This document shows, piece after piece, positions 31,398 through 44,350 of a stretch of 64,000 nt of DNA. The notes beneath the pieces were generated by a model, which worked only from the letters and a program-made list of their open reading frames with translations, was not told the origin of the DNA and did no database searches. Position 1 is the stretch's first letter. Each line of letters begins with the position of its first letter. The translations under genes and the position numbers were made by a program. Location of the stretch: positions 331,514,001 through 331,578,000 of the forward strand of contig OZ024743.1 of assembly GCA_964016885.1 (NCBI GenBank), in the 5' to 3' direction. This DNA comes from Eledone cirrhosa. Lineage: Eukaryota.

Positions 31398-33602
31398 GTA
31401 TTTTGCAACGTGAGGACCAGAAACATGAGGTGTTCAAGGTTGCGAGGCAGTGTGTCAGAGAGAATTGTGATGTCATTGGAGAGCAGTGTATCCGGAATGA
31501 TAAAGGTGAGCTTGCCCTCACAAGTGCTGAGAAGAAAGATGCATGGAAGAGCCATTATGATAGATTACTAAATGAGGAGAATGCAAGGGAAGAAGAGACC
31601 CTACCCCAAGTAGACCCTATAGAGGGGCCAGCAGTACAAGTCAGCAGCAGCATAGTAAGTAAGGCAATAAAAAATATGAAGATGGGGAAGGCAACCGGTC
31701 CATCGGGTATAGCTGCCGAGATGCTGAAGGCATCTGGGTCTGTAGGTTACACTATAACCACACGTATTGTTAACCAGGTAATACTAGAAGGTGTCATACC
31801 AAAAGATTGGTGCAGTAGCATCATTGTCAACTGCTACAAAGGTAAAGGTGATGCACTAGATAGAGGAAACTATAGAGGTATAAAGATGATGGACCAGGTC
31901 ATGAAAGTAACAGAAAGAGTTATAGCACAGTTGATTAGGGACCGGGTGAAAATAGATGAGATGCAATTTGGGTTTGTACCAGGAAGAGGCACCACTGATG
32001 CCCTCTTCCTTGTGAGGCAGTTACAGGAAAAGTACCTAGCTAAAAGTAAGCCACTCTACCTGGCATTCGTTGATCTCGAGAAAGCCTTTGACAGAGGTCC
32101 ACGTGCTGTAATCTGGTAGGCTCTTAGAAAACTAGGAGTAGATGAATGGCTTATGAAAGTTGTACAAGCCATGTATAGAGGAGCAGTCAGCAAAGTTAGG
32201 ATTGGCAATGAGTATAGCAAGGAATTTAGCGTACAGGTTGGTGTCCACCAGGGTTCTGTTCTTTGCCCTCTCCTGTTCATCATAGTCCTGCAGGCAATAA
32301 CGGAGGAATTTAAGACCGGATGTCCATGGGAACTCCTGTATGCTGATGACCTCGCACTTATAGCTGAATCTATGGTAGAACTAGAGAAGAAACTCCAAAC
32401 TTGAAAGCAGGGACTAGAAAGAAAGGGTCTCAAAGTCAACATGACAAAGACTAAGGTCCTTGTAAGTAGACGAGAAAACAGAACCCAGATCCCCTCAGGG
32501 AAATGGCCTTGCTCAGTATGTAGGAAAGGTGTAGGTAGGAACTCCATTCTCTGCCCCAAATGCAAACAATAGGTACACAAGAGATGTAGCGGAATCTCAG
32601 GAAGCTTAATTAAGAATGTAGGCTTCACATGCAGCAGCTGTGCTGGGACAGCAAGCAGCAAACAGCCACAGGAAACAAGTACCACCAATCCCTGGGAGGG
32701 CTCTGTAGAAACAGTAGACAGCCTCTGCTAACTAGGTGACCGAATTAGCAGCGGAGGTGGGTGTTCAGAAAGTACAATAACTAGGGTAAGAACGGGATGG
32801 AAGAAGTTCAGGGAACTACTGCCACTGCTAGCTGCAAAAGGCTTCTCCCTCAAAATGAAAGTCAGACTGTATGATGCGTGTATCCGAACAGCAATGTTAC
32901 ATGGTAGTGAAACCTGGGCACTGAAGGTGGAAGACTTACGTAGATTAGAAAGAAACGAAGCCTGCATGCTCTGATGGATGTGTAATAGTAATATACGCGA
33001 ACGACAAAGCATAAATGAATTGAGAGAGAGGCTGAGCATAAGAGGAATCAAATGCTGTGTGCAGGAGAGGCGGTTGCGTTGGTATGGACATGTGATGCGT
33101 ATAAGGATGACAGCTGCATAAAAAGGTGCAGAGCACTAGAAGTCAATGGAAACCGCGGAGTGGGGAGACCCAAGAAGACCTGGGATGAGGTGATAAAAGC
33201 CGACCTTACCCAATTACACCTCTCAAAGGCGATGACACATGACCGTGACCTCTGGCGTCACGCAGTAATACAGAGTACCCGACCTCCCATGGGTACAAGC
33301 TGAAGCATATAGACAATATGCCCCCACACCCGCCCACTGCAAGGTGGTCGTGGAGGTGCCACGGCAAAAAAGCACCCAGCCCACACTGTAAAGTGGACGT
33401 GTAGCCATCACGGAAAAAGCACCCAGCACTCACTGTAAATGAGGTTGGTGTTAGGAAGGGCATCCAGCTGTAGAAATCAAGCCAAAATGAGTTCCTGTAT
33501 GAGCAAGGCATGGTCAGCCGACCAGACACTGCCCACAACAGGACAACCCGTCTAACCCATGCTAGCATGGAAGAACGGACGTAAAACGGTGATGATGATG
33601 AT
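31398..33602 (+). mobile_element. RTE-clade LINE, subfamily B, 5'-truncated, several stops and a frameshift; (GAT)n tail; probable TSD AAAGAT
   Basis: ORF pieces 31403-32119, 32153-32404 (YADD) and 33052-33303. AAAGAT lies at 31392-31397 and 33607-33612. Confidence 0.92.
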
Positions 33603-33726
33603 ATTGAAAGATAGTTTCCATTTATTAATATTATTGATATTATACTCCAGAAGAATCTTGTAGAAATGCTTCTAATCTGTTATAAACTAAATTTGTTGAA
33701 TAACCAACAAATTAAATAACTCATTG

Positions 33727-33783
<57 letters not shown>

Positions 33784-34042
33784 GTATGCAGTTGGCAGCT
33801 GAGAAAAAAGAATAGTCAATACTGAAATAGAGCTTTACTATTCATAATAATAATATACATATATATAGTCTGCAGTAGACACAAGCTGAAACCACTTGGG
33901 AGTCAGGATTTTATATATATATATATATATATGGCACTTATAATCTCACAAGCATTGTCGGGCTTCCAAATTTTTAAACTTATTTCATAGTTAAATTTGT
34001 ATTTCTTATTCCACAATGCTTCAAGCAAACTACAACACTTTG

Positions 34043-34086
<44 letters not shown>

Positions 34087-34529
34087 CCCACACACTCTCA
34101 TACTTTACAATGTCTCTATAATGACTATGTGTAATGTCACTTTTTTTTACCACTGTCTTCACTAATATTTTGTTTTTAATGAATTCTTCCCCCTCTTCTC
34201 ATATCACTAGCTCACTTACTCTCTCTATCTTTCAAAACAATAATCTACACATTCAGTCCATTTTAGACCCTTTAACTTCCACCACACCCCACCCATTATC
34301 ATCCCCCTCTATCACCCCTATCTCCCAACTCTAGTATCCACCTTGAGGCATTTCATCACAAAGATCTTTATTATCATCAAAATGTACTCACACTATCAAA
34401 CATTCTTTTTACTGGTTTCTGTCATCATACTGTGTGTCTGTGAGAATGACTACAATCCTGACATGACCAAAACCAAACAAAAACCATAGGTGGACAACCA
34501 GGGAGGGGTTCATTCAATAGGAGAGAGAA

Positions 34530-35660
34530 GTCTGTCTACATGAGGCAAATAAAATCAAAAGAATTGAGAAGGAACTCCTTAAGAAATAGTCTCTGCATGA
34601 TAACCAAAAACTCACATCCAGAGAAATTGTACAGCAATACTACAACAAATCCATGGATGAAAAGCTGCGTTTTTATCAGTAAAAAATTATGCATGACTTT
34701 ATTGTCAGAAAGCTTTAAAGTGAGAGTAATATAGATAAACAAAGCAGTCTATCTTGGACCAACAACCGATATATTGGTTCTCACTTTGAAGGATATGATT
34801 TTGCAATCCAAGAACAGGAAATAACTATGAAATACCTGATGAACAAAAGAGATAGTGATGTAGGCAAAACACCTAGACATGACAACAGATGCAGACTGTG
34901 CAGAATAAACATGGAGGATGTCACCCACATACAAAGATGTCATCATGATACTATCTAGCTATGAGGCATGATGTAGTGGCCAAAACACTGTACAATGTAA
35001 TTCATAGAAGGGATAGTCTTGAGCATGAAAATATAAAAGTTTACAGTGATGAGGAGGACATATGAAATCAGAATATGAAAGAATATTGGTGGAATGTTCT
35101 AGTTAAAACCCCAATAAAATAAAACGTAACAGATCAGATATAGGGATATGGGACAGATAAAAGAAGGTATGTACAGTAGTGGAAATCATCTGCCCAGCCG
35201 ATGTCAATATAATGCTAAAGATCAGTGAAAAGGAGAACATTTCTGCTGAACTAATAAGGAATCTGCAGATACTCCACCCTGACTATACCTTTAGATGTGC
35301 ACCTGGGATGATTGGGGCTTTGGAATATGATACTAATTGCCTCAGTACAAATCTTAAGGTGCTGGGCTTCACAGAACTAGAAAGGGAACAGCTAGTTAGG
35401 AAGTTACAAGTGCAAACCATTAATGGAATTGTAAAAATATGTAAAACATTTCAGAAATTTAAGATGTAATAACTGCATATACACTTATATAGATACAGAA
35501 AAGTGTGTATGTATAACTCAAAACATACTGATCCACACATGCCATTACATATATACTCACACACAGATGTACATATTTAGCTAGATGATGTCTAAATCCC
35601 AATGTAAGAGTCTTTAGAAATCGATTCTCTCTTTATTGGCGGAAATTTATAAAATAATAA
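34530..35660 (+). pseudogene. 3' fragment of an REL-endonuclease non-LTR element (R4/Dong-like)
   Basis: Degenerate frames give NRCRLCRINMEDVTHI (zinc knuckle), MRHDVVAKTLY, EYWWN...NRSDIGIWD, VVEIICPADVNI..KISEKEN and MIGALEY. Confidence 0.7.
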
Positions 35661-36864
35661 AATGTGTGAGAGAGAGTAAAAGATACACTCACATGAAAAA
35701 TATTTAAAAACAAACTGTTTATTCAGAAATTCTACAGACATATATTAACACCTTGATCCACCCACCCCTTCAAGATTATGAATGTTCTGTGACAATAATT
35801 ATGTTAAATCAAGTTTTAATCACATCTTCCAAAATAAAATTCCATTTAATTGATGTCATACAAATTGTAATTCATTTTTGAAATTTGAAACATCTAATTC
35901 TTTTTATATTAATTTTTATTGAAAATCTTCAGATCTGCTACTGTATATTACTGCAATATTCTCACTATTTTATATAGTGACAACATTATCAAATAATTAA
36001 GATACAAATTCTTGCATTCTTAAGCATAACTCAGGAAATCTATACTAGTTATTGCATAATACACAGTTGAAGTTTGAGGCAGCTAACATTTTAACCTCTC
36101 TGCTACTAAACTGCATGAAGCCACATCTAATTCTATGACAGCAAGCTGTTAATTTTGAAGTGTTTATATTTATCTAAAAATCTTCCATCATAATTTTATG
36201 TAAGAAACAGTTATGTTTCAAATGTCATCTTCATGAGTACTCATGAGTCATCTTCATGAGTAGGCAGAAACTTGTGGTTGGGTGAGTGGACAGCAGAAGG
36301 ATCTTCAGAGGAAGAAATCCCATCAAAGAAGTGTTTCAGCACTATACTTCTCCTAACACTCTAAAGGAGCAGCACCAACATAGGTCATAACTCTTAGGTG
36401 TTCACCTGCTGTTTTCTCTCCTCCAGTGGGTGATCCTATTTCCTATTCCTCTGGTTTATACCACTCAGCCATAAAGAGCATCAGCATTGGTAGAACAAAC
36501 AGTTATATTAGTAAATCCTTACATATTCTGGATCATTTTCAAAATTATTTGATAATAACAAGCAGTGTTTTTCATTAGAAATATGATAATGAAAGATAAG
36601 GCCATTTATCTTAGTAAAGAAGAGATTTAGACTTGTGGGCTCCATGATAAATTTCATACTCATCATGGGGTACATTTTAAGACGTTTCACAGCTGGATGG
36701 TACCAACCCTTTTAGTCACCTCATATGGCACACAGGGATATGGTGTACCTATTCTAAACCAGATACATGCAGCATAGTTGAGGTCTGTAGCAAAGCTGTA
36801 ATTAGTATTGACTTCCTAACACCAACTATGTCTTACTGATCTGGGATTTTATGGTAGCTCCTGG

Positions 36865-37284
36865 ATAAAATCCCAGATCAGTAGGAAATATCCCTTTAGG
36901 AAAACCCCCTGTACTGATAGAAACTGTATAGTCTGTAAGATAAGCCCACAGATAAACTGTAAAACTAGAAATGTAGTCTATAGGATAAGATGTACAGAGG
37001 GACAATGCAAAAACAAGACAATAACATACATAGGAAAGACAGTTCGTAGTATAGGAGAGAGATTAAAGGAAAACTGGTGAGAACTTAAGGAGGAGAAAAG
37101 CTCACCAGTTTTATACCAACATGCCAAACTTGAACACAAGAGCTCAATAGATAACATAGAAATAAAGATCCTATTCACATATAGAACAGACGCAATACTC
37201 AGACAAATTACGGAGGCCATTCACATAATAGAAGATAGTCCTAGCTTGAAGAGAAAACACGAATGGAATAGTAACAACGTGCCC
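36865..37284 (+). pseudogene. Penelope-like element (Neptune-type) Cys-rich linker plus GIY-YIG endonuclease, one in-frame stop
   Basis: YPFRKTPCTDRNCIVC...NCKTRNVVYRIRC...TYIGKTVRSIGERLKENW*...LYQHAKLEH...ILRQITEAIHI...PSLKRKHEW. A 19-bp fold-back (36834-36883) sits at its 5' end. Confidence 0.82.
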
Positions 37285-37760
37285 GCCGCCTTCCACAACA
37301 TGCTGCCCTCAATGAGGTCATAAAGCATGACTTGGATGCTGCAGGCTTCCCTTCCCAGCTCGAGCCGGTAGGGCTGGACCAAGGGGACAGCAAAAGGCCA
37401 GATGGCATGACCATCTTCCTGTTCCGCGGTGGCAAATCCCTCGTCTGGGATGCCACTTGCACCAACACTTTCTGCAGCCACAACCTGGTGCAGTCTGCGA
37501 CTAACCCAGGTTCTGCTGCACGTCTTCAAATACTGGTTGCTCTCCAACAGGTTTGCGGTTGTACCCTTGGCATTGGAGACTTCTGGTGTCCTCGGCACTA
37601 GGGCTATCTCCCTACACACCACTATAGGTGTTGAGCTGGCCAGCCGCAGGTGTGAGCCCCGTGAGTCGGAGTGGCTTTTACAGCGCGTCTCCCTTGCAAT
37701 CCTCCGGAGAAACGCCTTCTCCACTCTGTCCACCGGGGCTGTGGGGAGGCCACCAATATA
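37285..37760 (+). pseudogene. CRE-clade non-LTR retrotransposon REL-endonuclease fragment
   Basis: QHAALNEVIK...LEPVGLDQGDSKRPDGMT...GKSLVWDATC, then in another frame ETSGVLG...WLLQRVSLAILRRNA. Confidence 0.75.
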
Positions 37761-37891
37761 ATTGACCGACTTGTCATTTTATAAGTCAGATGTTTCTAGA
37801 CCCGTTATAACAAATTACCTGACAATTGGTATGGTTTGGTGTATTCCCCCTATTACTGAACACAGAATAGAGGAACAAATAGAGATAAAAT

Positions 37892-39150
37892 ATGATGATT
37901 ATAATGGTGGTGATAGTGATGGTGGCAATGATGATGATAATGATGGTGGTGGTGGTAGTAGTGGTGGTGGTGATAGTGGTAATGTTGCAGGTAGTGGTAA
38001 TGATGGTGGTGGTAGTGATAGTGGCAATGATGATGATAATGATGGTGGTAGTAGTGGTGGTGATAGTGGTAATGTTGCAGGTAGTGGTAATGTTGGTGGT
38101 GGTGGTAGTGATAGTGGTGGTGTTGGAGGTAGTGGTAATGTTGGTGGTGGTAGTAGTGATGGTGGTGGTAGTGGTGGTGTTGGAGGTAGTGCTAATGTTG
38201 GTGGTGGTGGTAGTGATGGTGGTGGTAGTGGTGGTGTTAGAGGTAGTGCTAATGTTGGTGGTGGTGGTGGTGATGATGGTGGTGGTGTTGGAGGTGGTGT
38301 TGGAGGTGGTGGTGGTAGTGATGGTGGTGGTAGTGGTGGTGTTGGAGGTAGTGCTAATGTTGGTGGTGGTGGTAGTGATGGTGGTGGTGGTAGTGATGGT
38401 GGTGGTAGTGATAGTGGTGGTAGTGATGGTGGTGGTGGTGTTGGAGGTGGTGGTGGTAGTGATGGTGGTGGTGGTGATAGTGGTGGTGTTGGAGGTAGTG
38501 GTAATGTTGGTGGTGGTAGTAGTGATGGTGGTGATAGTGGTGGTGTTGGAGGTAGTGGTAATGTTGGTGGTGGTGGTAGTGATGATAGTGGTGGTGTTGG
38601 AGGTAGTGGTAATGTTGGTGTTCGTGGTAGTGATGGTGGTGGTGATGATAGTGGTGGTGTTGGAGGTAGTGGTAATGTTGGTGTTCGTGGTAGTGATGGT
38701 GGTGGTGATGATAGTGGTGGTGTTGGAGGTGGTGGTGGTAGTGATGGTGGTGGTGATGATAGTGGTGGTGTTGGAGGTGGTGGTGGTGTTGGAGGTAGTG
38801 GTAATGTTGGTGGTGGTGGTAGTGATGGTGGTGGTGATGATAGTGGTGGTGTTGGAGGTGGTGGTGGTAGTGATGGTGGTGGTGTTGGAGGTAGTGGTAA
38901 TGTTGGTGATGGTGGTGGTGATGATGGTGGTGGTGTTGGAGGTGGTGGTGGTAGTGATGGTGGTGGTGATGATAGTGGTGGTGTTGGAGGTAGTGGTAAT
39001 GTTGGTGGTAGTGATGGTGGTGGTGATGATAGTGGTGGTGTTGGAGGTGGTGGTGGTAGTGATGGTGGTGGTGTTGGAGGTAGTGGTAATGTTGTTGGTG
39101 GTAGTGATGATGGTGGTGGTGTTGGAGGTAGTGTCAATGTTGGTGATGAC
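37892..39150. repeat. Compound (GGT/GAT/AGT)n trinucleotide-derived repeat
   Basis: Nearly all triplets are NNT variants of GGT, with recurring blocks such as gttggaggtagtggtaat. Confidence 0.9.
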
Positions 39151-39367
39151 AACAACAGCAACACCATTACATAAAGTTCCAAATATTTTACGAAAGCTTC
39201 CAAAATCTAATTCATGCTGAAAATAAATTGAAAGCCATGGACAGCTTCTACACATTAGGAAATGTAGCGACAAACTAGAATATGTATACTTAAGAATTTA
39301 GGAATAATGGAATACAGTGACAAAAGAGATTATTTATGCATAAGAATTCAGGAATATTGAAATATAT

Positions 39368-39760
39368 ATCATCATCGTTTAACGCCTATTTTCCATGCTA
39401 GTATGAGTTAGATGGGTTGTCCACATTTGAGGCAAGTCAGGTCAGGTGACAGTATCTTGCTCAACAGAACTGTTTATTGCTTGGTTTCTACAGCTGGATG
39501 CCCTTCCTAATGCCAACCACATTTACAGTGTACACTGGGTCTTTTTGTCGTGACAACTTCATGGCCACTTTATACTGTGGGCTTGGTGCTTTTGGTTGTG
39601 ACACCTACATGACCACTTTGTAGTGTGGGCTTGGTGCTTTTGGTTGTGACACCTACATGACTACTTTGTAGTGTGGGCTGGGTGCTTTTTGTCGTGACAT
39701 CTACACCACTACTTTACGGTGTGGTCTGGGGCAGAAGTATAGAGGCATGGGAGAAGGGTG
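39368..39760 (-). mobile_element. RTE 3'-UTR / SINE tail fragment
   Basis: (ATC)n followed by gtttaacg...ccatgctag and ctacagctggatgcccttcctaa, the reverse complement of the LINE tail. Confidence 0.75.
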
Positions 39761-39816
39761 GGGTGATCAGGATATGGGAGGTGTATGGAAGGGGGAGGGA
39801 GCGGTTAACTGGGTCA

Positions 39817-39858
<42 letters not shown>

Positions 39859-39994
39859 AGTAAGTATGTTTTGAAACATTGAGCAGGTTTGAAATTAGAA
39901 AATAGAATAGCTTTCACCGTATTTTTTTTACTAAAGAAATTTTAGTCTGATAGTGGGGTTTAGAACCCTCAGATAAATGGAAAAAGATGAGTAT

Positions 39995-40066
39995 TGATGT
40001 ACATGGGAGTCGAACCCACATCTTTGGTTATCCAGACAACTGTGCTACCATTACACCAACACATCA
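39995..40066 (-). pseudogene. tRNA-derived SINE head or tRNA pseudogene
   Basis: A box TGGTGTAATGG, B box GGTTCGACTCC, acceptor-like pairing TGATGTG/TACATCA and a downstream T5 run. The anticodon arm is non-canonical. Confidence 0.55.
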
Positions 40067-40081
40067 CCAATATATATATAT

Positions 40082-42593
40082 AGAGGAACAGTGGGACTTC
40101 CTGAAAGCAAACCTGTTGATGGCGGCAGATGAAGTCTGTGGCTGGAGCAGGCCTATAGGCAGGAGGAGAGAAACGTGGTGGTGGAACAGTAAGGTGGAGG
40201 AGTCAATTAAGGCCAAAATGCAGGCTTGGATAGTATGGCGGGATGGGGTAAGTAGAGAAGACTATCAAGTGGCCAGGAGGGAAGCTAGGAGACAAGTGTA
40301 CTTCGCAAGAAGGGAAGCTGAGGAAAGAAAGTTCAAGCATGTTCTACAATGCGAGGACCAAAAACGTGAGGTGTTCAGGATTGCTAGGCAATGTGTCAAG
40401 GAAAACCGTGATATTGTCGGGGAGAGGTGTGTCCTTAAAGATCATGGTGTACTTGCCATCACTGACGCTGATAAGAAGGTAGCTTGGAAGTGTCACTACG
40501 AAAGGCTACTAAATGAGGAGAATAAATGGGAGAAAGACAGTCTCCCCCACATCGATCCAATAGAGGGACCAGCAGTGTTAGTCGAAGGTAGTATAATAAG
40601 TAAGGCAATCAAAGATATGAAGACGGGTAAGGCGGCTGGGCCTTCGGAAATAGTAGCCGAAATGCTGAAAGCTTCTGGAACGGTGGGACACACTATGGTT
40701 ACCCGGATAGTAAACCAAGTCATACAGAATGGGGTTGTTCCGAAGGACTGGCGTAGCAGCATCATCATTAATTGCTACAAGGGTAAAGGAGATGCCCTAG
40801 ATAGGGTCAACTATAGAGGCATTAAAATAATCGACCAGCTCATGAAGGTCACAGAAAAAGTAATAGCGCAACTAATCAGAGAGCGAATTGATCTAGATGA
40901 AATGCAGTTCGGATTTGTGTCAGGTAAAAGTACCACAGACGCTCTTTTCATTGTACGACAACTACAGGAGATGTACGTAGCTAAAAGTAAACCCCTATAC
41001 TTAGCTTTTGTCGACTGGTGGGCTCTTAGAAAACTAGGTGTTGATGAATGGCTTGTGAGAGCTATACAAGCCATGTATAAAGAAGCAGTCAGCAAGGTTA
41101 GAATTAACAACGGATATAGTGAAGAGTTTAGCGTAAAAGTTGGTGTTCATCAGGGCTCCGTTCTTAGCCCCCTACCATTTATTATTGCCCTTCAGGCTAT
41201 AACAGAGGAGTTCAAGACCGGCTGCCCATGGGAACTCCTATACGCAGAGGATCTAACGCTCATAGCTGAATCAATGGCTGAACTAGAGAAGAAATTTCAA
41301 ACATGGAAGCATGGCCTAAAATCAAAAGGCCTTAAAATTAACCTGTCTAAGACTAAACTTCTAGTCTGTAGAAAGGAAAATAGGGCACCGGTCCCATCCG
41401 GAAAATGGCCATGCTCAGTGTGTAGGAAAGGAGTAGGTAGAAACTCCATTTTATGTCCCAAATGCAAAGTATGGGTGCATAAAAGATGTAGCGGGATCAC
41501 AGGTAAGCTAACTAAGAACATAGATTTTATATGTGGCCGGTGCTCTGGTGCAATAAGTAGCAGCAAGTGCCCACAGAATACTAGCTCATTCCATTGCACA
41601 GATGGTTCTATAGAAATAGTGGACACCTTCCGTTACTTGGGTGACAAAATCAGCAGTGGTGGAGGGTGCTCTGAAAGTACAGTAGCTAGAGTCAGAACTG
41701 GATGGAAAAAGTTCAGAGAGCTTATACCACTATTAGCCACTAAAGGGTTCTCTCTAAAAATGAAAGGCAGGCTGTATGATGCCTGCATACGAACAGCAAT
41801 GTTACATGGCAGTGAGACCTGGGCATTGTGTGCAGAGGATATACGCAGACTGGAGAGGAACGAAGCTTGCATGCTCCGCTGGATGTGTAATAGTAATATA
41901 CGTGAACGACATAGCATAAACGAACTAAGGGAAAAATTAGAAATAAGAGGGATCAGTTGTTGTTTACTTGAGAGAAGACTACGTTGGTATGGACACGTGA
42001 TGCGCATGAAAGTCGATAGCTGTATAACAAAGTGCAGGGCAATAAAGATAGACGGTAGCCACGGAATAGGCAGACCCAGAAACACCTGGGATGACCTGAT
42101 AAATTCCGACCTCACACACTTACACCTCTCCAAGACAGTGTCACTGGAGCGAGATCTTTGGCGCTACACAGTAATACAGAAGACCCGCCTTACCTAAGTA
42201 TAAAGTGAAACCTACTACAGTTAGTAGGCACCTCTAACAAAATTACACCTCCGTCCCACTACCCTCACCCCATCCACACCACCCCTTTCAATGTAAAGTT
42301 ATGTTGGTACCACAACATCAAGTCCGAAACAAATGAGGTCGTGTAGGTGCGACGACAAAAAAAACACACAGTCCATGCTGTAATGTGGCCGTGTAGGTAA
42401 CACGGTATAAACCTCCCAGTTCCACACTGTAAACGTGGTTGGTGTTAGGAAGGGCATCCAGCCGTAGAAAACCCGCCAGACAGTCCTATACGAGCAAGAC
42501 AACCACTCTTGCCTCAAGTGGGAAAACTCCCATCCAAACCCATGCAAGCGTGGAAGATGGACGTTAAACGATGATGATGATGATGATGATGAT
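40082..42593 (+). mobile_element. RTE-clade LINE, subfamily A, 5'-truncated, inactive (39-nt in-frame deletion of LEKAFDRVPRSII; YAED)
   Basis: ORF to 42197 closely matches the 28469-30586 ORF, includes the PHD finger, and is followed by a (GAT)n tail. Confidence 0.93.
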
Positions 42594-42914
42594 ATACATA
42601 TCACAGTTGATATACATATCACAGATATACATATCCACTATGTGGATATATATGTATATGTATGAATGTAAGACAAAATATATACATATATGTGTGTGTG
42701 TATGGATGTATGTATATATATATATAAATTTATTTATTTGTGTGTGCGTGTGTGTGTATATATAATTATGTATGTGTGTGTGTATGAGTATGGATAAGTA
42801 TATGTGTGGGTGGAGGTTAAACCATCAGTGTGAGAGATAGTAGTGGACATAGTGATGAATTTGAAGACCTCAGTCCATTCTGCATTTAGCAAGAGAAAGT
42901 GAGAGCTCTAGTCT

Positions 42915-43105
42915 GCTGTTGATCTGATCCCTATTGCTGGAGGGGTTGGAGTTAAAATTCCAGGCATAGGAGAAGAATCTGGAATTGAGAATCCTGAAAA
43001 TAAGCGTGATAGTTAAGAAGAACAGGAACTTCATAGCATCAGGGGAGTGGCTTTGTTCAATATATCGAAGAGGAGTGGGCAGAAATTCCATAAGGGGCAC
43101 ACAGC
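42915..43105 (+). pseudogene. Old, diverged RTE-PHD fragment
   Basis: SGEWLCSIYRRGVGRNSI matches SGKWPCSVCRKGVGRNSI. Confidence 0.6.
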
Positions 43106-43149
43106 ATAATAATAATAATAATGAAATATTGTGTACAGTGCTCAGGTGC

Positions 43150-44108
43150 ACTACAACTCATCAAAAAGTGTATGTATAGTACATAAGGTAATGTACAAAC
43201 GTCAGGAAAATGAACAGTGCATGAGTCATGATATTCACATGTGTGCATGTGTATGGAAGGGGGACATCAGGTGTAGTTTTGGCGTATTTCGGGAAGCATG
43301 AGGGTTTTAAAGGATGCAGTGACTCGGCAGTTAACAACTGATGCAGGCAGTTTGTTCCATGCTTCAGCAACTCTGAGCGTGAAAAATTGTTTCCGAAAGT
43401 CATGGGAGCTGTGCTGTTTACTGATTTTGTAGGCATGTCCACGTGTGTTAGACACATGGAGATCAAAAAGGTGCTCAGGGTTGTTGTTGACGAGATGGTT
43501 AATAACTTTGTGGGTGTTTACCAATTCCATTGCCAGAAGTCAGAGCTTCAATGAATCCATGCCCAGGGAAGCAAGGCGTTCAGAGTATGGTAAGTGTCTG
43601 ATGGAGGGTATGCGCTTGGTTGCACGTCTCTGAACAGTTTCCAGGAGGTTCTGAGCAAGATAGGGGTTCCAGACTGATGATGTGAATTCCAAGTGTGGTC
43701 GTACCATAGCTGTATACAGCTTTAAATAGATGGCTGGAGAGCGGCTAACAAAGGTCTTGCTGAGTGATGCCAAGACACCCTTGGCCTTCTTGACAATCTT
43801 AGAGACATGCTTTGTCCAACGCAAATTGCTGCTGACAGTAATGCCCAGGTCACATTCACAAGAGGACTTCTTGATATCAGTGTTGTGGAGGGAATATGTG
43901 GACAATGGAGTTTTCCTCCCAAAATGCATGGTGGTACACTTGCCACAGCCAGCTTCAGTTGCCAGTCTGTGATCCATTGCTGCATTGTGTCCAGGTCTGA
44001 TTGTAGGAAAGAGATGTAGATTTCAGGATCAGTCCTTTTGATTTCAAGGTACAGCTTGATGTCATCTGCATATTTCAGTACCGTGGCATTCTTTAAGTTG
44101 GCATCTAT
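43150..44108 (-). mobile_element. CR1-clade LINE 3' fragment (frameshifted)
   Basis: YADDIKLY...LQSDLD, KCTTMHFG, DLGITVS, MVRPHLEF..SVWNPY, LETVQRRATK, TRGHAYKI and FFTLRVAEAWNKLP. Confidence 0.88.
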
Positions 44109-44109
44109 G

Positions 44110-44350
44110 GATGAACAGGAGATGGCATAAGAATCATCTTCTTCTTCGATCCCTAGCTGGCAATTGGGAGAGACTAACCTCTCAACCAACTCAAGCCTTC
44201 TATGGCGCGCTGAATTCTCCAGTGCATGGGTCGCTGTTGTGACAAAAGTTGGTGTGGTAGCCTTCTGGAGCTCATTCTGCAGACGTGGCCAACCCACTGT
44301 AGCCTCTGCAATGTTGAGACAAGTGGAGAAATGCTGTACTGAGAAGGATC
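44110..44350 (-). pseudogene. RTE (BovB-like) C-terminal fragment
   Basis: RLQWVGHVCRMSSRRLPHQLL. Confidence 0.5.

Noticed and set aside
28615-33136. Antisense ORFs within the RTE copies (also in later copies)
   Set aside because: They are shadow frames of the RT ORF with no recognisable motifs.
36508-36690. 60-aa minus-strand ORF with a GTAAGG donor-like site near 36520
   Set aside because: No convincing acceptor or recognisable protein. It cannot be supported as an exon without RNA data.
37762-39273. 430-495 aa Gly-, Val-, Thr- and Pro-rich ORFs (possible structural protein or mucin)
   Set aside because: Four frames are open at once because of NNT trinucleotide repeats. There is no signal peptide, and the Gly frame lacks an ATG start and Tyr/His modules.
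39987-40081. N-terminus of the 736-aa ORF as a real LINE start
   Set aside because: The first ~32 codons come from the antisense tRNA-like sequence and (AT)n. The element is 5'-truncated at about 40082.
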